In this document: piece after piece, positions 20,761-32,573 of the stretch
How the letters are laid out: each line of letters opens with the position of its first letter
Numbering within the stretch: position 1 is the stretch's first letter
From: an uncultured Alphaproteobacteria bacterium
GTDB lineage: Bacteria > Pseudomonadota > Alphaproteobacteria > Rhizobiales > Methyloligellaceae
Reading direction: 5' to 3'
DNA: 64,000 nt
Assembly (NCBI GenBank): GCA_963730335.1
Contig: CAVSRK010000002.1
Span: forward strand, 1,730-65,729
Position numbers and translations under genes: made by a program
Notes under the pieces: model-generated
What the model was told of the DNA's origin: nothing
What the model saw: only the letters and a program-made list of their open reading frames with translations
Databases searched by the model: none

Positions 20761-21675
20761 TCAGTTATTGCCGTCGACATCCTCTGACGCATCGCCCTCC
20801 CCTGACGCATTGTCCGGCGCCGCGCCGGGCGCTGCACCGGATCTGGCCAGGGCGGCGTCCATCGACTTCTTAAGCTCGGGATCGATCACCTCGATCTTGG
20901 CGGAGTCGCGCAAGCCGCTCACCACCTGCTGCGCCTTGGCCTGCACCAACTGGGCGACGATCGCCCCCTTGACCTGGTCGAAGGTCGGCAACGGCCGATT
21001 GCGCTTTTCCTCGACCTTGAAGATGTGCCAGCCGAATTGCGTCTGGACCGGACCCGAGATCTGGCCGACCTCGAGCGCGAAGGCGGCGTCCTCGGCCGGC
21101 TTCAGCATCTCGCCGGGGCCGACGAAGCCGAGATCGCCGCCGGGATCCTTCGACTTCTCCTTGGCAACGGCCGCAAAGTCCTCGCCCTTGTTCAGCCGTT
21201 CGGCGATTTCCTTGGCCTCGGCCTCGGTCTCGACCAGGATATGGCGGACATGCATCTCCTGCTCGGGCTTCACTTCGCCGATCTGGGCATCGTAGATTTT
21301 CTTGGCGTCGGCTTCGCTCACCGCGCCGGTGATCTTGGCGTCGAAGAAGGCGTCGCGCAGCGCACGGCGCTCGTGATATTTCACGCGGGCCTGGAAGCCG
21401 TCGGCCTTATCGAGACTGTCGGTCTGGCCGGCGCCGGCCATCAGCTCGCTCTCGATGACATATTGCAGCAGCACGCGCTTGCGGTCCTCGACCGGGAGGT
21501 TGGCGAGCCGCGCGCCGACGTCGGAGGCGGCAAAATCGAGATCGGACTGCTTGATGTCGACGCCGTTGACCCGCGCGACAACCACGTCGTCAGCGACGGC
21601 AGGCAACGGCACAAAGCCGATGACGGCCGCGACGAGCAGCCAGGCTGACCAGATTTTCACGAGAATAGTCCTCAT
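20761..21675 (-). CDS. Parvulin-type peptidyl-prolyl isomerase (PrsA-like), exported
   Basis: Signal peptide, [29 protein letters not shown]. Confidence 0.92.
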   Translation of the reverse strand: MRTILVKIWSAWLLVAAVIGFVPLPAVADDVVVARVNGVDIKQSDLDFAASDVGARLANLPVEDRKRVLLQYVIESELMAGAGQTDSLDKADGFQARVKYHERRALRDAFFDAKITGAVSEADAKKIYDAQIGEVKPEQEMHVRHILVETEAEAKEIAERLNKGEDFAAVAKEKSKDPGGDLGFVGPGEMLKPAEDAAFALEVGQISGPVQTQFGWHIFKVEEKRNRPLPTFDQVKGAIVAQLVQAKAQQVVSGLRDSAKIEVIDPELKKSMDAALARSGAAPGAAPDNASGEGDASEDVDGNN

Positions 21676-21791
21676 CTTCGGCTCGCCTGAAGCTGCTCCG
21701 GCGCAGCAGGCGAGCGGGTTGGGTCGCTTCCCCGGCGCGGGTTTTAGACCCTCGGCCGGGTCATTGCCAAGCGACGAAGCGGGGCGCGGGA

Positions 21792-21824
21792 TTGACAGTG
21801 CAAGATAATTTCGATATTTCTGGA
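21792..21824 (+). promoter_or_regulatory. arsR promoter/operator region
   Basis: TTGACA at 21792-21797 and an imperfect palindrome TCGATATTTCTGGA just before the arsR ATG. Confidence 0.45.
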
Positions 21825-21827
21825 CGC

Positions 21828-22190
21828 ATGGAAATCTCAACCGCGGTCGGCGCTCTCAGCGCCCTTGCCCAAGAGAGCCGGCTCAAGGTGTTTCGTTTGC
21901 TGGTTCGCCAGGGGCAAGCCGGCATGGCGGCGGGCGACATCGCCCGCGCCCTCTCCGTGCCCAACAACACCATGTCCTCGCATCTTGCGACGCTCTCCCG
22001 TGCGGGGCTGATCAGCTCGCGCAAGGAAAGCCGCTCGGTGATCTATGCAGTCGATCTCGAGGGCACGCGCGCGCTGCTGTCTTACCTGCTCGAGGATTGC
22101 TGCCGCGGCAAGCCTGACCTGTGCGCGCCGCTGGTCGAGGCGACGCTATCGAGCTGCTGCCCGGCACCGGAAGAGTGCTGCCAACCATAG
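21828..22190 (+). CDS. arsR: ArsR family As(III)-responsive repressor
   Basis: LSALAQESRLKVFRLL, HTH, and LLEDCCRGKPDLC C-terminal Cys site; adjacent to arsC. Confidence 0.92.
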   Translation: MEISTAVGALSALAQESRLKVFRLLVRQGQAGMAAGDIARALSVPNNTMSSHLATLSRAGLISSRKESRSVIYAVDLEGTRALLSYLLEDCCRGKPDLCAPLVEATLSSCCPAPEECCQP

Positions 22191-22206
22191 CAACGAGGAA
22201 ACTCCC

Positions 22207-22743
22207 ATGACGTCGGTACAACGTCCCGAACCTCTCAACGTCCTGTTTCTGTGCACCGGCAATTCGGCGCGCTCGATCATGGCCGAATGCGTTTTGAACC
22301 GGTTGGGCGGCGGCAAGTTTCGCGCCTATAGCGCCGGCAGCTACCCGGCCGGCGCGGTCAATCCGCTGGCTCTAAACCTGCTGCGCAAGACCAATTACGA
22401 CGTGTCCAAGTTGCGCTCGAAGTCGTGGGACGAGTTCGCCACGCCGGAGGCGCCTCCGCTCGATTTCGTGTTCACGGTGTGCGACGACGCGGCCAACGAG
22501 GTCTGCCCGATCTGGTCCGGCCAACCGATGTGCGCCCATTGGGGCCTGCCCGACCCCGCCAAGGCGCAAGGTACCGACGCCGAGAAGGCGTTCGCCTTCG
22601 ACGACTGCTTCCGCATGCTCCATCAGCGCATCTCGATCTTCGTCAACCTGCCGATCGAAAGCTTGAGCAAGCTGTCGCTGCAAAAGCATCTCGACGAGAT
22701 CGGCAAATTGCGGCGGGAAGCGCCCTCAAAGGAACCTGCCTAG
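22207..22743 (+). CDS. arsC: Arsenate reductase, LMW-PTP family
   Basis: LFLCTGNSARS P-loop, TVCDDAANEVCP, HWGLPDP. Confidence 0.93.
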   Translation: MTSVQRPEPLNVLFLCTGNSARSIMAECVLNRLGGGKFRAYSAGSYPAGAVNPLALNLLRKTNYDVSKLRSKSWDEFATPEAPPLDFVFTVCDDAANEVCPIWSGQPMCAHWGLPDPAKAQGTDAEKAFAFDDCFRMLHQRISIFVNLPIESLSKLSLQKHLDEIGKLRREAPSKEPA

Positions 22744-22849
22744 CCGGCTCTCCGAAACGTCTTGCCGCCGCCGGCATCAGGCTTGGCTTCCGCCAAACTT
22801 GCGGGCATGATTTGCCGAACCCGGTGGCTCGCTCAGGTCGACCCCAAAG

Positions 22850-23247
22850 ATGCCGGATCACTCCGCTTATTCACTGCCTCGGAAGGTCGGCGCGTTGACG
22901 TCGGTTGCGATCATTGGCGTGATGGCCTGGCACGCGGCTCCAACTTCGCCATGTCGGCCGATGCATCGGCGTGGGTTGGGCGATGGGCCATCGACGCCGA
23001 GACATGCCAGAATGATGGCTACGACATGCTGATCGAGCCGGATCATTTCGAGATCTGGGAGCAAGCCTGCGACATAAAAAAATGGAGCATTAACGGCAGT
23101 CTCGCGACCCTCACGATGCGATGCTTCAATGAGGGCACCTCCGCCACGCAAGAGCGTGTACAGCTCTTGCTGCGCGGAGACGTTATCGAGATCAATCCCG
23201 CCGGGGGCCCTAACTTCACGCATCGAACAATGGTCCGGTGTGGCTGA
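22850..23247 (+). pseudogene. Small secreted hypothetical protein with an apparent frameshift after the signal peptide
   Basis: A signal-like segment RKVGALTSVAIIGVMAWHAAPTS is in frame 2. The mature-like part MSADASAWVGRWAIDAETCQ...VRCG is in frame 1. The switch is at about 22948. Confidence 0.5.
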
Positions 23248-23291
23248 GACATTCTAGGCACTTGGCGTCTGGGCAGCGCGGCAGCGTCGCG

Positions 23292-23320
23292 TTGACAAGG
23301 TTGGACGGCACACTTATGTC
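23292..23320 (+). promoter_or_regulatory. sigma70-type promoter of secA
   Basis: TTGACA-N17-TATGTC about 100 bp upstream of ATG 23423. Confidence 0.55.
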
Positions 23321-23422
23321 TCACAAGCGTTTGCTCCCCGGCATTTTTTGGTCGCTTTCCTAGGGCTTTGGTGGGGATCGGGCACGGAAAAGCGCCTGCG
23401 CTTGTTGAGGCTTAACAACCCA

Positions 23423-26203
<2,781 letters not shown>

Positions 26204-26235
26204 GCCGGGCGCGGGCGGGATTAAACGCGCCTCCG

Positions 26236-26523
26236 CTAGTGGCCGCCCTCATCGTCCATGTCGTATTCGCCGCTGACGGGCCCGTGCTGGTCCCGTGCGC
26301 TGCCGTAGCTCTCCGGCTGATTTTGGCTCTGCTGCTGGAGCCATGGCAGGGCTTGGTAGGCATCCGGCGCGGACTCTGCTTGGCCGGGATCGGCGCCAGT
26401 CTCCTGGGTGGCGGGCTCGCTCGAGCTCGGCCCGAAACCGCCATAGGGATCGGCGCCATAGGCGGTCCCGGCGGCCAAGGTTGCAAACGCCAACGCGCAA
26501 CCGAGCGCTGTCCGAAGCGTCAT
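26236..26523 (-). CDS. Small secreted low-complexity hypothetical protein
   Basis: MTLRTALGCALAFATLAAGTAYGA signal peptide, GGGGG RBS upstream. Confidence 0.65.
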   Translation of the reverse strand: MTLRTALGCALAFATLAAGTAYGADPYGGFGPSSSEPATQETGADPGQAESAPDAYQALPWLQQQSQNQPESYGSARDQHGPVSGEYDMDDEGGH

Positions 26524-26548
26524 GAAATTCCCCCCCTGAACTCAACGC

Positions 26549-26599
26549 AAACCAAGCGACGTCATCTTATACGAATTGTACGAAACCAAGCGGCGTCAT
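26549..26599. repeat. 17-bp direct repeat pair (16/17 identical, 34-bp period)
   Basis: AAACCAAGCGACGTCAT at 26549-26565 and AAACCAAGCGGCGTCAT at 26583-26599. Confidence 0.8.
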
Positions 26600-26735
26600 G
26601 CCACCGCCTCGGACGGCTTCCTGGCTGCGACATGGCGCGACAGGGCACCCTCTGGATGCGAGGAACAAGCGGCCCGGTTCGCGACTTTCTTTGGCACTTC
26701 ACGCCAAATTCCGTGTGCCTGGACACTAGGGGACA

Positions 26736-28515
26736 ATGACGCTCGACCAAGGACTCGCCTTCGCCATCGTCATCGGCATGATGGCGATGTTCGTATGGGG
26801 GCGTTTCCGCTACGACCTGGTCGCGGTGCTCGCTTTGCTGGCGGCGATCGCCGCCGGCATCGTCCCGGCCAATAAGGCCTTTACTGGCTTCAGCGACGAC
26901 ATCGTCATCATCGTGGCCAGCGCGCTGGTGGTCAGCGCCGCCGTGGCTCGCTCGGGCGTGGTCGAGCGCGCGGTCCGCATGCTGGGGCCCTATCTCACCA
27001 CCCTCACCAGACAGATCGTCGCTCTGGTCGGCTCGGTGACCTTGCTCTCGGGCTTCGTCAAGAATATCGGGGCGTTGGCGATGCTGATGCCGATCGCCTT
27101 CCAGCTGGCGCGGCGGACCGGAACCTCGCCGTCATCTTTGCTGATGCCGATGTCGTTCGGCGCGCTGCTGGGCGGCATCGTCACGCTGGTCGGCACCTCG
27201 CCCAACATCATCGTGTCGCGGGTGCGCGAGCAAATCCTGGGCGAGCCGTTCCACATGTTCGACTTCACCCCGGTCGGGGCTGGCATCGCCATCGTCGGCG
27301 TTATGTTCCTCACCTTCGGCTGGCGGTTGTTGCCGCAGGACCGCAAAGGCGCGGTCTCGATGGACGCCGCCTTCAATCTCGAAGGCTACACCACCGAGGT
27401 GACCGTGCCCGAGGACTCGCCCGCCGCCGGCATTACGGTGAAAGCGCTCGAAGACCTCGGCGAAGATGAGGTCGAGGTCATCACCCTGCTGAGAGGCCGC
27501 AGCCGCCGGTATGAGCCGGCTGGGAACGTGGTGATCAAGCCCGGCGACATTCTGATTCTGCAAGGCGAGCCGGCGGCGCTCGAACGCATCGTCGCTCTGG
27601 AGAAGCTGCAGCTTACTCGCGAGGGCAAAAGCCACGAGATCGATATGCCGAGGGACGAGATCGGTGTCACCGAGGCGGTCATCACGCCAGATTCTCCCCT
27701 GGTCGGCGGCTCGGTCGGTCAGCTCAAATTGTTCGACCGCTACGCGGTCAATCTGCTCGCGGTGAGCCGCCGGGGCCGGCGCATCACGCATCGCTTACGC
27801 TCGGCAAAGCTCAGGGCCGGCGATGTGGTGGTGCTCAGGGGCAATCTTGCCGCAATGCCGGAGACGCTGGGCGAGCTGCATTGCCTGCCGCTGGCTGAGC
27901 GCGACCTCAATATCGGCAGAAAAGGGAGTCTTCATCCCGGTCGGCGTGCTGGCGGCCGCCATGGCGCTGGTCGCCTTCAACCTGGTGCCGGTGGCAATCG
28001 CCTTTTTCGGCGCCGCCGTGGTGCTGCTGTTCGCCGGCTCGCTATCCTTGCGCGACGCCTATGACGCGGTCGAATGGCCGATCCTGGTCATGCTCGGCGC
28101 GTTGATCCCGGTGAGCGAGGCGTTGCGCACCACCGGCGGCACCGAGATGATCGCCTCCTGGCTGTCGAGCACGGCGGCCCCGCTGCCGGCCATGGGGGCG
28201 CTCGCGCTGCTGCTGGCCGCGGCCATGGCGGTGACGCCGTTCCTCAACAATGCCGCCACCGTGCTGGTCATGGCGCCGATCGCGGCGAGCTTCGCCGCAC
28301 GGCTCGGCTACAACCCCGATCCGTTTCTGATGGCGGTCGCCATCGGCGCGGCGTGCGATTTCCTTACGCCGATCGGGCATCAGTGCAACACGCTGGTGAT
28401 GGGGCCCGGCGGCTACCGGTTCGGCGATTATTGGCGGCTCGGCCTGCCGCTGTCGCTGATCGTGCTCGGCGTGGGCGTGCCGCTGATTGCCTTCTTCTGG
28501 CCGGTCTCGCCTTAA
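26736..28515 (+). pseudogene. SLC13/CitMHS-type permease with TrkA-C domains, frameshifted
   Basis: N-half (GTSPNII motif, two TrkA-C domains) and C-half (NNAAT, TPIGHQCN) are in different frames. Removing one A from AGAAAAGGG at 27918-27926 restores GRKGVFIPVG. Confidence 0.85.
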
Positions 28516-29345
28516 GGTGTCTCGGCGACTTCAGGCGGGCAGCGCTCCTCGACCAGACCATTCGCCGTCGCGACGGTGCCGGCCTCGAACACGTAATGGC
28601 CTTTGCACACGCTCACCGCGGGCGGCACGTGGCTCGGCTCGAACAGATCGTAGCCTTGCTTCAGCTCGGACCAGAAGCTCTCCCATTTCGAGCCCTGCCG
28701 CAGCTTGAGGTTGCGATCCGTCATGCGGAACGGGAAGGCATGGACCGCGAACCGCGGCTGACCTTTGTCGAGCGCCGCCGTGACCAGACGCCAGATCTCG
28801 TCGACCACGGGATGAGTGACGGCGTAACAGCCCACCGAGGCGCAGCCGCCATGCACCATGAGGAAAGACCCGGTGCGCCCGTGCGCTTGGTCGTACAGAT
28901 TGGGGAAGCCGAGATTGAACGAACGATGCATGACACTGTTCGGATTAAGCCACTCGGCGTCGACCGTGTAGAAGCCCTCCGGCGCCTGCCGGTCGCCTTC
29001 GCGCAGCTTCGGTCCAAGGCGACCCGACCACAGGCAGATCGGATAGGTGGCGAAGCGGACAAAGCGCCCGTCCTTCTCGACCCACAGCTCAAGCTCCGAC
29101 TCGAGCTTGAAGATGCGGATATAGACCGGCACGCCCATGCCGACGCCGACGGCCGCAAGCCGGTCGTCGATGCGATCGAGGTCGGGCGTGCCGGGCAATT
29201 TCTCGCCGGCGCGGAAGCGGGCCTGATAGTCTTTGCGCGTCAAGTTGACGGTCACGCGATCGACGAACTCGCGCCCCTGCGGCGTCAGCAGGTAGTAGCC
29301 GGCGCCGAGCAGCGCGATCACGGCAAGGACGGTAAGTGCTCGCAT
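28512..29345 (-). CDS. Murein L,D-transpeptidase, YafK family
   Basis: IRIFKLESELELW, GDRQAPEGFY, MVHGGCASVGCYA. Confidence 0.92.
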   Translation of the reverse strand: MRALTVLAVIALLGAGYYLLTPQGREFVDRVTVNLTRKDYQARFRAGEKLPGTPDLDRIDDRLAAVGVGMGVPVYIRIFKLESELELWVEKDGRFVRFATYPICLWSGRLGPKLREGDRQAPEGFYTVDAEWLNPNSVMHRSFNLGFPNLYDQAHGRTGSFLMVHGGCASVGCYAVTHPVVDEIWRLVTAALDKGQPRFAVHAFPFRMTDRNLKLRQGSKWESFWSELKQGYDLFEPSHVPPAVSVCKGHYVFEAGTVATANGLVEERCPPEVAETP

Positions 29346-29409
29346 CAGGAACGGAGTATAGGTCCGCCGCGTCAGAATTCTGACGTCGGATTTCGAAGGT
29401 CAGGCGCGG

Positions 29410-30348
29410 CTAGCGGTCGGGCGTGGCCGGCCCGAGCGTGAAGGCGCTGTAGGGCGGCCTGGACGGTCCGAACCTCAGGCCGAGCACACTGCCGAGCGGC
29501 TTGGTCAGGGCGGCCTGGCTCTTGGACGGTTTGGGCTTGGCCGCGGCTTCCTGCATGACGGGCGCACGCGGGGTCGGCAGCCGCTGAAAGGCGGGGCAAG
29601 CGCCGGTGGGGCTAGGCCTGGCGTCGCCGTTGAATGCGACGTTGATCAAATAGCGCTTCTCGCACACGGCGATCTTGGGCGGCAGGCGGCTGATGTCGAA
29701 ATAGTCGTAGCCCTCCTTCAGGTTCCTCCAGAAGTCGTACCACTTGTCGTCCTTATGGGCGGCCATGTTGGCGGCCGTCATGCGGAACGGAAAGGCTTGG
29801 ATCTGGAACGACGGCTGTCCGCCTTGCAGCGCCTCGCGGGCGAGGGTGAAGATCTCCTCGACCACGGCATCGGTCATGGCGTAGCAGCCGGACGAGGTGC
29901 AATCGCCATGCACCATGATGTTCTGACCGGTGCGGCCATAGGCGCGATCGTAAGCGTTGGGGAAGCCCACATCGAAAGACAGGTGGTACTTGCTTCTCGG
30001 GTTCATCTGATCGAGCGAAACGAGATAGAACCCTTCCGGCGCTTGCCGGTCGCCCTGCTGGATCTTCGGCCCGAGTCCGCCCGAATAGCTGCAAATCGGG
30101 TAGGTCTTGAAATGATAGAAGCGGCCGTCGTCCTTGGCCTTCCAAATCTCAAGCTCGGATTCGGCCTTGAAGATGCGGATCAGCACCGGCGACTGCTCGC
30201 TCATGCCCTTCTCGGCGAGCAGCGCGCGGGTCTGCGGGGACAGCGGCTTGAGATAGGTCGGCGTCAACTGGCCGCAGCCGCCCAGCGCGGCGGCCAAAGC
30301 CACCACGCACGCCGCTGCTACGGCCGTGACAAAACTTGAGCGAAGCAT
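29410..30348 (-). CDS. Murein L,D-transpeptidase, YafK family, lipoprotein
   Basis: Lipobox LGGC, IRIFKAESELEIW, GDRQAPEGFY, MVHGDCTSSGCYA. Confidence 0.93.
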   Translation of the reverse strand: MLRSSFVTAVAAACVVALAAALGGCGQLTPTYLKPLSPQTRALLAEKGMSEQSPVLIRIFKAESELEIWKAKDDGRFYHFKTYPICSYSGGLGPKIQQGDRQAPEGFYLVSLDQMNPRSKYHLSFDVGFPNAYDRAYGRTGQNIMVHGDCTSSGCYAMTDAVVEEIFTLAREALQGGQPSFQIQAFPFRMTAANMAAHKDDKWYDFWRNLKEGYDYFDISRLPPKIAVCEKRYLINVAFNGDARPSPTGACPAFQRLPTPRAPVMQEAAAKPKPSKSQAALTKPLGSVLGLRFGPSRPPYSAFTLGPATPDR

Positions 30349-30393
30349 ACGCAGTGCCCCTTGCGCATTTCGGCCAAGATCGACGGTGAGAGG

Positions 30394-30408
30394 TTAAATC
30401 GAAGTTAG
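30394..30408. promoter_or_regulatory. CtrA-box-like site upstream of the L,D-transpeptidase pair
   Basis: TTAA-ATCGAAG-TTAG (7/8 match to TTAA-N7-TTAA), about 45 bp upstream of the 30348 start. Confidence 0.5.
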
Positions 30409-30520
30409 CGCCTGTTTGCGGCGCCGGCCCCGCGGCTCCCCCCGATTTGGCCTGCAGTATAAGCCTGCTCAGCCAGCAGTAGGACTAAAAAGATGGCGCT
30501 TTTTTGGGCGCCTTGGGGCG

Positions 30521-31474
30521 TCAGGCCGACCGGCCCATGGACAGGAATTTTTCGCGCCTTTCCTTGCGAATCTCGGCAGGGCCCAGGTCGTCATAGGCCG
30601 AAAGGGCCTGGATGATGGTCTCGCCCGCGGCGCGCACCACTTCCAGCCCGTCCCGATGAGCGCCCCCGATCGGCTCGGCGATGATGCCGTCGATGATGCC
30701 GAGCCGCAAAAGGTCCTGGGCGGTGATCTTCATATTGGTGGCGGCGTCCTGCGCGCGGGCCGAATCGCGCCACAAGATCGACGCCGCGGCCTCCGGCGAG
30801 GCCACGGTGTAGATGGCATGCTCAAGCATATAGATCCGATTGGCCGTGGCGATGGCGACCGCGCCGCCCGAGCCGCCTTCGCCGATAATGACCGAGACAA
30901 TCGGCACGCCAAGACCAAGGCAGCAATCGGTGGAGCGGGCGATGGCCTCGGCCTGGCCGCGCTCCTCGGCGCCGATGCCGGGATAGGCGCCGGCCGTGTC
31001 CACCAGGCTCACCACCGGCAACTGGAAGCGGTCGGCCATCTCCATCAGGCGCACCGCCTTGCGGTAGCCTTCGGGGCGGGCCATGCCGAAATTGTGCTTG
31101 ATGCGGCCTTCGGTGTCGGAGCCCTTCTCGTGGCCGATGACCATTACCGAGCGGCCGGAGAGACGGCCGATGCCGCCAATGATGGCCTGGTCCTCGGCGA
31201 AGGAGCGGTCGCCGGCGAGCGGCGTGAAGTCCTGTACCAGCGAATCGACATAGTGCCGGAAATGCGGGCGCTCGGGATGGCGGGCGACTTGGGTCTTCTG
31301 CCAGGGCGTGAGTTCGGAATAGGTTTCGACCAAGGCCTCTCTTGCCTTGTTCTCGAGCTTGGCAAGCTCCTCCTCGATGGGGACGGAGGGCTGGCTCGTG
31401 GCGAGCGCCTTCAGCTCGGCGACTTTGCTTTCGAGCTCGGCAATCGGCTTTTCGAAATCGAGATAGGTACGCAT
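30521..31474 (-). CDS. accA: Acetyl-CoA carboxylase carboxyltransferase alpha
   Basis: [37 protein letters not shown]. Confidence 0.97.
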   Translation of the reverse strand: MRTYLDFEKPIAELESKVAELKALATSQPSVPIEEELAKLENKAREALVETYSELTPWQKTQVARHPERPHFRHYVDSLVQDFTPLAGDRSFAEDQAIIGGIGRLSGRSVMVIGHEKGSDTEGRIKHNFGMARPEGYRKAVRLMEMADRFQLPVVSLVDTAGAYPGIGAEERGQAEAIARSTDCCLGLGVPIVSVIIGEGGSGGAVAIATANRIYMLEHAIYTVASPEAAASILWRDSARAQDAATNMKITAQDLLRLGIIDGIIAEPIGGAHRDGLEVVRAAGETIIQALSAYDDLGPAEIRKERREKFLSMGRSA

Positions 31475-31598
31475 CAGGCCTTGGCTATGCCCTTGGACCA
31501 GAGTCCGGCAGGTTCACTACGACAAATAAGGCAACGGGAATGTGGTTGTAAGTGGCCTTGGCGCGGCAGCCTGTCAACCAGTCATCCGCCGGGCAACT

Positions 31599-32570
31599 CT
31601 AGCTGCGCTTGGTTAAATGAACCTGAGCTAGCGGATGATGCTGCTCGACCAGCCGCCGCAGTCGCTCCTCGATGACATGGGTGTAGATCTGCGTGGTCGA
31701 GATATCGGCATGGCCGAGCAGCTGCTGGACCGTGCGCAAATCGGCGCCCCGCTCCAACAGATGGCTGGCAAAAGCGTGACGCAGCACATGCGGCGAGACG
31801 CGGGCGGGCTCGAGGCCCGCGGCCGAGGCCAGCCCCTTCAACTCCTGGCCGAAGCGCTGGCGGGTAAGATGCTGACCCCCGGCTGACGGGAACAGCCAAG
31901 GCGAGGCTCCCCTCCCCTTGGCCTCGCCCTCGCTCACCGCTTCGAGATGGGCTTGCAGCGCCTCGCGCGCCGTCTCGTTCAACGGGACCAGCCGCTCACG
32001 GCCGCCTTTGCCCTTGATGGTGAGCACCCGGTCGTCGGCGATAAGCACGTTGCGCGGCAGCGCGATCAGTTCGGACACGCGCAAGCCGGTGGCATAAAGC
32101 GTCTCGAGCGCCGCGTAGAGTCTGAGCGCGCGGCGCTTGGCGGTGCCGTCGGCAGCCTGCTCGCTCGCCTGTTTGGCCGTGTCGAGCAGGGTCTCGACCT
32201 CGGCGAGCGACAGGATCTTGGGCAGCGGACGTCCGAGCCTGGGACTGTCGATGGCCGAGCAAGGATCGTCGCCGCGGATGCCTTCGGCGAGGAGAAAGCG
32301 GAAGAACTGGCGGATGGCCGAGAGCTTTCGTGCCCGAGACGTCGGCGCCAGCCCCTTGCGCGCAAGCCCGGCGAGAAAGGCGCGGAGATGATCGCCCGAA
32401 GCGGTCTTCGCCTTTTGCCCTTTAGCGGCAAGGAAGGCCAGGAACTCGGACAGGTCGCGCGTATAGGCCTCGATGGTATGGGCCGCCGCGCCGCGCTCGG
32501 CGCTCAGCATGTCGAGAAAGAGCGCCAGCTCCGAGCCGTCCTTGTCGCGCGATCGTTTGGCGGCGGCCAA
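31599..32570 (-). CDS. xerD: Tyrosine recombinase XerD
   Basis: YATGLRVSEL, KGKGGRER, SPHVLRHAFASHLL, LLGHADISTTQIYTHV; standard position beside accA. Confidence 0.93.
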   Translation of the reverse strand: MAAAKRSRDKDGSELALFLDMLSAERGAAAHTIEAYTRDLSEFLAFLAAKGQKAKTASGDHLRAFLAGLARKGLAPTSRARKLSAIRQFFRFLLAEGIRGDDPCSAIDSPRLGRPLPKILSLAEVETLLDTAKQASEQAADGTAKRRALRLYAALETLYATGLRVSELIALPRNVLIADDRVLTIKGKGGRERLVPLNETAREALQAHLEAVSEGEAKGRGASPWLFPSAGGQHLTRQRFGQELKGLASAAGLEPARVSPHVLRHAFASHLLERGADLRTVQQLLGHADISTTQIYTHVIEERLRRLVEQHHPLAQVHLTKRS

Positions 32571-32573
32571 GGC

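Noticed and set aside
26549-26599. Direct repeats as a mini CRISPR array
   Set aside because: Only two 17-bp repeats with a 17-bp spacer, too short, and no cas genes.
31599-32570. Tyrosine recombinase as a mobile-element integrase
   Set aside because: The sequence and the accA-adjacent context match chromosomal XerD, and there is no cargo or att site.
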